Assembly (NCBI GenBank): GCA_965208325.1
Contig: OZ242326.1
Coordinates: 224,001 to 288,000, forward strand
Source of the DNA: Candidatus Poribacteria bacterium
GTDB lineage: Bacteria; Poribacteria; WGA-4E; PCPOR2b
Reading direction: 5' to 3'
Length of the DNA: 64,000 nt
Shown: positions 56,957 to 64,000 of the stretch, in pieces
Layout of the letters: each line of letters starts with the position of its first letter
Numbering within the stretch: the first letter of the stretch is position 1
The notes under the pieces: generated by a model
The model's input: only the letters and a program-made list of their open reading frames with translations
Told to the model about the DNA's origin: nothing
The model's database searches: none
Made by a program: the position numbers and the translations under genes

Positions 56957-58495
56957 TTAATCTGAAAAACTATGTTCTGCTTTAGCGGAAGGGTAATCCA
57001 AGCACATAGACTCGTGCTCCGCACCCGCATCTATTTCATGAAGCAATACTTTATGGATTTCTACCATAGCAAGTGTGTCCATCCTGCAATAATTCTTCAA
57101 GTGATAAATCATATTGCCTTTTTCTACTTCCCCCGTGGTGTTAATCATCAAATCCCAGACAGCCTGGGCGTCATCGCCGTCTTGAACATCCAAAGTCTGG
57201 TAGGAAAGAGACGGTACCAAAATAGGAAGTACGTTCTTTAGAGAATTTGAACCACCAAAACCGGGGTGTTTATAGTGATTTTTAAAAATCAACAGCTGGT
57301 CCCATAGTCTGGAAACAACTGACTGAAGTGCTCCAGAGTATTCAGGGAAATATTGAGCCAATTCCTCAAATCTCTCGCGTTCAAAAGAAGCAGAATAGAC
57401 TACCACCGAACCGACATCGGAGATATGATTAAGCATAGATTCCACTAAAGGTAATCTTGGATCAGTTGTATCGGTGTGCAAGTATTCGTGATGTGTAATC
57501 GAACCGTCTGATTGCAAAATGTGGCAACTGTACTGAAATGGAAAGTGATTGTACGGACTTAAACCCTCAAACCTCGGAATCGCAGGGTTGAGCGTTTCAA
57601 AATCAAAGAAATGAATAGGATATTCTAATTCTGATAATTCGTTTCTGATTGCCGCAACATCAATCTCTGGCTGATTATTCAGAACCATATCAACGTAAGC
57701 GCGCTGATTTTGAGTCAATGCAAAATCGGCAGGGAGATCTTCAAGACTAAAGACTCCGCTTTCTATCAACTGGTTTTTTTTATCCCAACTAAGTCGCGGA
57801 ATAGTGAAAATTGAGGGTTCAGGAACGAACTCCCAACAATGGTCCTTAAACGGGCAAGTGTCGGGCTCGTCACACTGCTTTCCTATTGAGACGACCGGTT
57901 CAACGTCACCTTGAAGTATTGATTTGAATGTCTCTACATCGCCGGGGACATTTTCCATCAATGGGTCAACTCGATCGGTTACATCATCAAAAACAAACAA
58001 ATTAGAGAGGTCCGGATAAACACATTCTCGATTTATATGCATCAACTGTGTTCTAGAGATGGACACGCCGATTTCACTCAAGACGTACTTTAGGGCAGCT
58101 AGTTCATGCAAATGCGCTTCTTTGACATTTTTTGACGCGGTGACTTTAATGATTTTCCACGACTTTGAGTCTTTCTGAAGAACATCACACCGTGCCGAAA
58201 TACCATCAAAATTAAAGATAGGTTCAAAGATGTACGGTACGCCGCGTCGCATGGCATCTTGGGTTTGCTCTGAAGACTCCTCATGATCCAAGGAATCAAT
58301 CAACATGCCCCCCGGAAAATTATCTCGAGCAAGAACTCTGACCTCTGTGCTTTGATTGATAATTCGCTGTTGCGATCTGGATACTGTAGATGCTCTCTGT
58401 GGATGGCTCTTTTCACACCAAAGGCGTTCATACCATAGGCGTTTGTGACATTGCAGCCCGCTCATATATTTGGAATTCGTAACGAACATTTCCAT
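56957..58495 (-). CDS. DUF2779 family protein (Cas4/RecB-like N-part plus RNase H-like exonuclease C-part)
   Basis: SKYMSGLQCHKRLW, C....CPF...CW, FFDFET, PFQYSCH, GSNSLKNVLP, YCRMDT. Confidence 0.88.
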   Translation of the reverse strand: MEMFVTNSKYMSGLQCHKRLWYERLWCEKSHPQRASTVSRSQQRIINQSTEVRVLARDNFPGGMLIDSLDHEESSEQTQDAMRRGVPYIFEPIFNFDGISARCDVLQKDSKSWKIIKVTASKNVKEAHLHELAALKYVLSEIGVSISRTQLMHINRECVYPDLSNLFVFDDVTDRVDPLMENVPGDVETFKSILQGDVEPVVSIGKQCDEPDTCPFKDHCWEFVPEPSIFTIPRLSWDKKNQLIESGVFSLEDLPADFALTQNQRAYVDMVLNNQPEIDVAAIRNELSELEYPIHFFDFETLNPAIPRFEGLSPYNHFPFQYSCHILQSDGSITHHEYLHTDTTDPRLPLVESMLNHISDVGSVVVYSASFERERFEELAQYFPEYSGALQSVVSRLWDQLLIFKNHYKHPGFGGSNSLKNVLPILVPSLSYQTLDVQDGDDAQAVWDLMINTTGEVEKGNMIYHLKNYCRMDTLAMVEIHKVLLHEIDAGAEHESMCLDYPSAKAEHSFSD

Positions 58496-58807
58496 CTCAA
58501 TACTTACCTTGGAATATCAATTCAGTCTCCACAGTCCAAAAATCTACCCGTTGCCAGAAAGTGCCCTTATTTGTTCCCGTCGCTCTAGTTTTTTTTGGAT
58601 GTCGTTAGTATGGCTCAAGCGATTCATATTTGTTTTTTCATCTCCTGTTTCCACGTGCGCTTCGTCTCTGTCCGACACGCTGTTTATACCTACGTATCGC
58701 CTGTATTGCAATTGAAGGCTGCGTACTAATTCTCGCTGCTCCACTGTGTATCGTTTCATAATCATATCGAGTTGCACTATTCTTATCAAGCGTCACACAC
58801 CCACCCC

Positions 58808-58850
58808 AAAAAAGAAAAGCGTGACAAACCCCGTTTCCGTTCATCACGCT
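58808..58850 (-). terminator. Rho-independent terminator after the sulfite reductase gene
   Basis: Minus-strand AGCGTGA...TCACGCT stem followed by TTTCTTTTTT. Confidence 0.7.
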
Positions 58851-58880
58851 CTATATTGGCGACGCTAGACGCTTGATGAT

Positions 58881-61319
58881 TTATTCGCCTTTTCGAATCA
58901 TGAGGCGATAGTGGCTACCAATCTTCTTGGTGTCGGTAATCTCATGCCCGTCATTCGTCAGGCTCTTGGGGACGTTTTCAATCGGTTCGCCATCGTCAAT
59001 CGTGATTTCGAGGAGCTGGCCGGTATCCATCGTCTCCAAGCGGATTTTGGCTTGCACGTAGTTGAACGGACACGCAACGCCTTTGAGATCGAGGCTATCG
59101 ACGATTTCCTCGACCGGCTCAGTCTTGGGCTCTGCTTTCGGGATCCGGGCAGGACGGGCTTCCCGTTTCTTGCTCCCGGCTTCTTCCTCTTGACGAATCC
59201 GCATCCGTCCGTAGACGTTGTGTGCCTCCTCAACGAAGAGGGTCGCCTCTTCGACGCGCCGGTGGGTTAGCTCCCTATCAAACGCGCTGGTATCTTCCTC
59301 TACCGCCTTAAACAGGTGCGCTCCGAAACCGGGGAATACGATTCCCGGCTCGAAGAACCGAACTCGGAATTCCTTGACCGTCGTCTCATCGTCAATGTGC
59401 TGCAGCCCTTCTGTCGTTAGCAACGCGTCCGCAGCCTTTATCATAGCCTCAAAGGCGTGTTGGGCGGAATCGACATATTGATCTCGTTCGAGATCCACGC
59501 CCGCCTCATAAATCAGCCGGTCGGCTTCCTCAAGTATAAACGAGACCAACTCGACCAACTGTCCCGCGCACTCGCCAACAGCTTTCTTGAGCTGGAACTC
59601 CTTTGTGTCGCCGGTGTCGATGTAATAGCTGGGGTCTTCTTCAAAAGTGGGAATTTGGTCGTATTGGCGGAGTATCGACTTAACTTCGGCTTTACCCAGT
59701 TTTTCGATATAGTCCGTGAACGATTCATCGTCAGTGCGTTCATCAATGTACTTTCCGGTCAGGTGCTCGATAAATTGCGGTATGTTCTTACCGTGAATCT
59801 TTCCAGCGGCAAGTCCATAGGCGCCTGCGTTATCGGTGGCATGGCCGCCCAACATCACCTGATAGTACGGGGCGATATGTTCACCCATCCGCCGAGAGGA
59901 ACCGAAGAACCCAATGTTCGCAATGTGGTGCTGGCCGCACGAGTTGGGGCAGCCGCTAATCTTGATTCGCAGGTCTTGAATCTCGTCTTTCACGCCGGTA
60001 TCGAGGAGGTAATTTCTCAGATGCGCAGCCAACCCGCGCGACGACGAGATGCCGAGCTTGCAAGAATCTGTTCCCGGGCACGCCGTAATGTCAACCAAAG
60101 TCTCTGCACCCGAAGCCGCTAATCCTATCGCATCGAGATCTCGGTATAGGGCCGGCAAATCGCTCAAGCTGACCCATCGCAGCACGAGATTTTGCTCGAC
60201 CGTGGTACGAATCGTGTCTTTGACGTACTTACGGGAGATTCCCGCCAACGCCCGCGCCTGGTCCGCCGTAATGTCTCCAAGCGGCAGTGTGATGTTGACC
60301 ACCGTATAGCCCGGCTGGCGCTGCGTACGCACATTGGAAGCGTGCCACTGCTCGAATCCTTCAGGTTTCGAGGCGCCGTTAAGTTGTGACGGCGGTTTCA
60401 ACGGCGTTTCATCATACGCATCCAGATTGTCGAGATGTGCAGTCCACGCGGGGTCATGGCGCAACTGTTGCCGCTCCTCCAATACAAGGCGGCGAAACTC
60501 GTCAACGCCGAGTTTTGCCACGACGAACTTCATCCGAGCCTTGTTCCGGTTTTTACGTTCGCCCAACCGCGTGAACACCTTCGAAATCGCCTGCGAAATC
60601 GGCAATAACTCCTCTTCTGGCACAAATTCATCAAAGACTTTTGCCTGATGCGGCACTGCGCCAAGGCCGCCGCCAACAAGCAATTTAAACCCGCGCTTCA
60701 GCTTGCCGTCAACCTCTTTTAACACCGCAACCGCGCCGATATCGTGCATGTACCCCAAGCCGCAGGCGTGTTCATGGCATCCGGAAAATGCAATCTTAAA
60801 CTTACGTCCAAAGTCCTGCGCATCTTGATGCCCCAACAAAAATGCCGAAAGTGCCTTTGAATGCGGTGTAACATCAAACGGCTCGTCGTTGCAGACGCCG
60901 GCAAGCGGGCAAGCCGTAACATTGCGGACGACATTGCCGCACGCCTCCTTGGTAGTAATGCCGACGGACGCCAACCGCCGCATTAACTCAGGTGTGTTGT
61001 TTATATCGACGTAGTGGTACTGCACATCCTGCCGCGTCGTGATGTGGATGATATTGTCAGAAAATTCTTCAGCAATGTCGGCGAGCATTTCCAATTGAGA
61101 AGCGTCTAATCCGCCGAAAGGAATCTTCACGCGAATCATCTGAGAGCCGTCGTCGCGCTGTCCATAGACGCCGTGGCGCAGCCTGAATTCGAGGAAAATC
61201 TCTTCCGGCATTTGCCCCGCCTGTACACGGCCGAGTTGCATCTCATAAATCTCAATCGCGCGGTCGTCATCTGGCGCAATTGTACCGGGGTCATATGGGG
61301 CTAAACTATCTATCGTCAT
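58881..61319 (-). CDS. Siroheme nitrite/sulfite reductase fused to a HEPN-like helical domain and a C-terminal TusA/SirA domain
   Basis: HITTRQD, RKFKIAFSGC, ACPGTDSCKLG, KISGCPNSCGQHH; C-terminal LDLKGVACPFNYVQAK...DDGEPIENVP. Confidence 0.92.
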   Translation of the reverse strand: MTIDSLAPYDPGTIAPDDDRAIEIYEMQLGRVQAGQMPEEIFLEFRLRHGVYGQRDDGSQMIRVKIPFGGLDASQLEMLADIAEEFSDNIIHITTRQDVQYHYVDINNTPELMRRLASVGITTKEACGNVVRNVTACPLAGVCNDEPFDVTPHSKALSAFLLGHQDAQDFGRKFKIAFSGCHEHACGLGYMHDIGAVAVLKEVDGKLKRGFKLLVGGGLGAVPHQAKVFDEFVPEEELLPISQAISKVFTRLGERKNRNKARMKFVVAKLGVDEFRRLVLEERQQLRHDPAWTAHLDNLDAYDETPLKPPSQLNGASKPEGFEQWHASNVRTQRQPGYTVVNITLPLGDITADQARALAGISRKYVKDTIRTTVEQNLVLRWVSLSDLPALYRDLDAIGLAASGAETLVDITACPGTDSCKLGISSSRGLAAHLRNYLLDTGVKDEIQDLRIKISGCPNSCGQHHIANIGFFGSSRRMGEHIAPYYQVMLGGHATDNAGAYGLAAGKIHGKNIPQFIEHLTGKYIDERTDDESFTDYIEKLGKAEVKSILRQYDQIPTFEEDPSYYIDTGDTKEFQLKKAVGECAGQLVELVSFILEEADRLIYEAGVDLERDQYVDSAQHAFEAMIKAADALLTTEGLQHIDDETTVKEFRVRFFEPGIVFPGFGAHLFKAVEEDTSAFDRELTHRRVEEATLFVEEAHNVYGRMRIRQEEEAGSKKREARPARIPKAEPKTEPVEEIVDSLDLKGVACPFNYVQAKIRLETMDTGQLLEITIDDGEPIENVPKSLTNDGHEITDTKKIGSHYRLMIRKGE

Positions 61320-61424
61320 TATTTCTCTCCTTTGAACTATTCAACTTATGAAGAGTCCAATGCCTTACGAATGTCATGTTTAGAATGGGGGATATTGCAC
61401 GCTGCATAGATCTATCTGACTATA

Positions 61425-61453
61425 ACTATAACGCGAATGCCCGGAGAAGTCAA
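61425..61453 (-). promoter_or_regulatory. Sigma70-type promoter for the sulfite reductase gene
   Basis: TTGACT-17 nt-TATAGT on the minus strand. Confidence 0.65.
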
Positions 61454-61515
61454 GTCAAATTGTCTGTATATGGCATTTTGCACGTGCCCGCCGGTGTTGT
61501 TCCAACGAAAATGGC

Positions 61516-61544
61516 TTGACGGAAAATTTCCTGCGCATTAAACT
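61516..61544 (+). promoter_or_regulatory. Divergent sigma70-type promoter
   Basis: TTGACG-17 nt-TAAACT. Confidence 0.55.
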
Positions 61545-61675
61545 GTTATCATAGTCACGCCATTATTGCCCCTAACAGTGATTCGCGCACATTCGAGCTA
61601 AGCAGAATCCCATTTGAATTATTCCCATTCTTGCAAATTCGTTTTTTCCAACCATACCAACGCCTAGGTGCATTT

Positions 61676-61951
61676 ATGGAACCCTTAACGCTTAAACTGT
61701 ACACAAAACCTGATTGCCCGCTCTGCGATGATGCCAAAGACCTACTCAATGCGGTCGCAGCGGACTCACAAATTCAGATCGAGGAGATTGACATCACATC
61801 TAACCTTGGGTTGTTCACCAAGTACAAAGACACAATTCCTGTTTTGGAGATGAACGGCAAGCGGATGTTTGAACATCGCATTGATGTGCGGGTACTCAAG
61901 CGAAAGTTGAAGTGGAGGCGATTGTATCGGAAGTTTGTAGAATCACTTTGA
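61676..61951 (+). CDS. Glutaredoxin-like protein (DUF836)
   Basis: LYTKPDCPLCDDAK...EIDIT...Y...IPVL. Confidence 0.88.
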   Translation: MEPLTLKLYTKPDCPLCDDAKDLLNAVAADSQIQIEEIDITSNLGLFTKYKDTIPVLEMNGKRMFEHRIDVRVLKRKLKWRRLYRKFVESL

Positions 61952-62124
61952 GCGTTGAGCACAATTGCAGTATCCATGATTGAGGTGCAATGTTAGAGTT
62001 GACTATCTCGCCGGATTATGCTACATTGACAGTCGAAATATAGAAATCAAGTACATCCCAGACGTGGACTGCAGTTTGCAATGAATGATGAAGGCGTATA
62101 ATAAACACAACGGGAGGTCAAACT

Positions 62125-63147
62125 ATGGAATATCGTCCATTTGGGCGGACAGGGCTCCAAGTTTCTGCGATTGGATTCGGTTGCTGGGAGATGGGGGGCG
62201 ATTATGGGTCAATTGATGAATCAGAGGCGACGAATGCTGTGCATCGTGCCATTGATTTGGGCATAAACTGTTTTGATACTGCTGAAGCTTACGGTATGGG
62301 AAAATCAGAGGAGGCTTTGGCTAAAGCGTTGGGGCATCGGCGAAAAGATGTTATTATAGTCACGAAGTTCGGCGTTGGCTACGAGAACGACCGTCAGAAA
62401 GGGAAAGACAGCAGCCGAGAAATGGTGCATGCCGCTATTGATCGCAGCTTGAAAGCGCTAAACACCGACTATGTAGATGTTTATTTAGTCCACTGGCCCG
62501 ATCGCTCGACTCCATTTGAAGAAACGATGGGTGCGTTTGATGAGATCGTACAGCAGGGTAAAGTCCGTTACGTTGGGCTGTCGAATTTCACGCTCGATGA
62601 AATCAAGGCGTGCATGGCAATACGGCCAATTCATGTTTTGCAGTACGGCTGCAATCTGTTTGATAGGCGCATGGCAAAATGGATTTTCCCTTACGCTCAA
62701 GAGCAACAGATTGGCATAATGTCCTACGGATCGCTTGCCTACGGATTGTTATCCGGGACGTTCACGAAGGAGACAACTTTTGGCGACAAGGATTGGCGCA
62801 GCAGGGACGAATGGCTGCACTTGTTGAGGTTCTTTACACCAGAGGTATTCGAGCGTAACGTCGAGGTCGCCGTTGCGATTTCTGCCATTGCTGAACGGTT
62901 AGGAAAGAAACTGCCGCAATTTGCTCTCAATTGGGTTTTATCGCATCAGGCGGTTAGCACCGCGCTTGTTGGCGCAAGGCGGCCCCTCGAAGTTGAGGAA
63001 AACATGGGCGCTATCGGCTGGAGTTTGTCTGATGAAGTGATAGCCGAAATTGATAAAATCTTTGCGGATCACGATGTCGATCCCGCCCCGAACACGTGGG
63101 TGGAAGAGATTGAGACGCATGACACGGATACGACCGAATCTAACTAA
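62125..63147 (+). CDS. Aldo/keto reductase
   Basis: FDTAEAYG, TKFG, DVYLVHWPD, GKVRYVGLSNF; GGGAGG RBS. Confidence 0.96.
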   Translation: MEYRPFGRTGLQVSAIGFGCWEMGGDYGSIDESEATNAVHRAIDLGINCFDTAEAYGMGKSEEALAKALGHRRKDVIIVTKFGVGYENDRQKGKDSSREMVHAAIDRSLKALNTDYVDVYLVHWPDRSTPFEETMGAFDEIVQQGKVRYVGLSNFTLDEIKACMAIRPIHVLQYGCNLFDRRMAKWIFPYAQEQQIGIMSYGSLAYGLLSGTFTKETTFGDKDWRSRDEWLHLLRFFTPEVFERNVEVAVAISAIAERLGKKLPQFALNWVLSHQAVSTALVGARRPLEVEENMGAIGWSLSDEVIAEIDKIFADHDVDPAPNTWVEEIETHDTDTTESN

Positions 63148-64000
63148 CCGTCGTGCCACCCCATGTTATATGTCGCAACTCTGAACACCGCGCTAATAAT
63201 GCTCCAGATGCAGCCCATTGAGTAGTCCCCTAGAATCAATCCCGCAAAGAACGGGATGGCTCTCCGATATGCTTTCAACCCGCCGTACCGAAGGATCGAA
63301 AACTTCAGTGCCCAACTGATAAGGACTGGCACCCAAATATAGACCATCTCGCCCGGACTCATCCCCAGTACATAACCGACGGGGTGGAGCGGCCACCAGA
63401 GAAAACGCATCTTTAAAGCTAATAGTAGCGCGGTGATTCCCGTTCCCAGCCCCATGAATCCCATTGTCACGTAATCGTGTCCCTGTGGCAAACTTAACCA
63501 CAGTTGGAGGCGTTGGGTAAAAGTTTCGTATCCTACTCTCAAGATAAATGAACGCGAATTTGCTGCGCCGTGTTCATACAAGAGATGAAGGTATATCAAA
63601 AAAGTCAAAGGTATGCCGACAGCAAGCGTGATGAGCATCGCCCGCAGTAGTTTGCGGTTATTGATGCTTGCCTGCTCGCCAATCCGAAATGATTCTAGTT
63701 GGTTCGGCATGGGATGGTGGGGTTGGTCCCGACTCAACCAATAGAAGAAGGAGAGTACGGTCAAGTTGCGAGGTCCATACGTGCGCGTGCCGAGCGACGT
63801 CACCATCGTCCGCGCCGGATTCAAGAATAGTATCTCATGCACAGCGACGCCAAGGCCAGCTCTGACTTTAGTTACTCCAATGGCGCTGCAACAGTATATG
63901 CCAAAAAACAAAATCAAGACCCAAAAGGAAAGCCCAGCTTTATAGGCGAACCAGAGTAGAAACAGCAGACCGCCGACAATCCCCAACAGCGCAGTCCGGT
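63144..64000 (-). CDS. Multi-TM DUF6785/DUF6784-type membrane protein, 5'-truncated by the window edge
   Basis: RFLWWPLHPVGY, KFSILRYGG.KAYRRA.PFFAGLILGDY; frame runs to the window end. Confidence 0.75.
   Translation of the reverse strand, partial: RTALLGIVGGLLFLLWFAYKAGLSFWVLILFFGIYCCSAIGVTKVRAGLGVAVHEILFLNPARTMVTSLGTRTYGPRNLTVLSFFYWLSRDQPHHPMPNQLESFRIGEQASINNRKLLRAMLITLAVGIPLTFLIYLHLLYEHGAANSRSFILRVGYETFTQRLQLWLSLPQGHDYVTMGFMGLGTGITALLLALKMRFLWWPLHPVGYVLGMSPGEMVYIWVPVLISWALKFSILRYGGLKAYRRAIPFFAGLILGDYSMGCIWSIISAVFRVATYNMGWHDG

Noticed and set aside
58544..58789. 81-aa ORF upstream of DUF2779
   Set aside because: No recognisable motif and an uncertain start; at most a 27-aa peptide after an AGGAG.
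59457..60122. 221-aa plus-strand ORF, and similar antisense ORFs such as 50430-50963 and 6686-7126
   Set aside because: They lie opposite well-supported genes and have no recognisable motifs.

Overview
This is a 64 kb window from a diderm bacterial chromosome with about 55 CDS, two tRNAs (Phe-GAA, Thr-CGT), and no rRNA, CRISPR array, integrase or transposase. The gene content suggests Candidatus Poribacteria or a relative (inference): PhyH dioxygenases, a Gfo/Idh/MocA oxidoreductase, PD40/TolB-like propellers, a FlgD-Ig tail, a DUF6785-type membrane protein and a C-terminal 'VxPxxK...TWGxLK' tail. Housekeeping genes include lpxK, ackA, glnE, uppP, a divergent ychF, ygfA, yicC, gmk, a ClpX variant and a sulfite/nitrite reductase. 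The main observations are: (1) four secreted proteins of two unrelated folds share a short C-terminal WG-K tail, a candidate sorting signal, near a 2-POTRA Omp85 gene; (2) an AT-richer toxin-antitoxin island (about 53.8-58.5 kb) keeps its antitoxins while toxins are deleted or pseudogenised, and the one intact VapC is coupled to a HEPN/AbiU2-like protein carrying a VapB-type tail; (3) a PhyH-family enzyme has an HxG (halogenase-like) iron site; (4) an orphan Nmad3-like gene lies behind a membrane-anchored 11 x 22-aa beta-repeat protein; (5) a 308-bp inverted-repeat-bounded element carries a 34-bp repeat that recurs 28 kb away; (6) two independent gene deletions appear to have microhomology junctions. 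Family assignments come from recognising motifs by eye, not from database searches.
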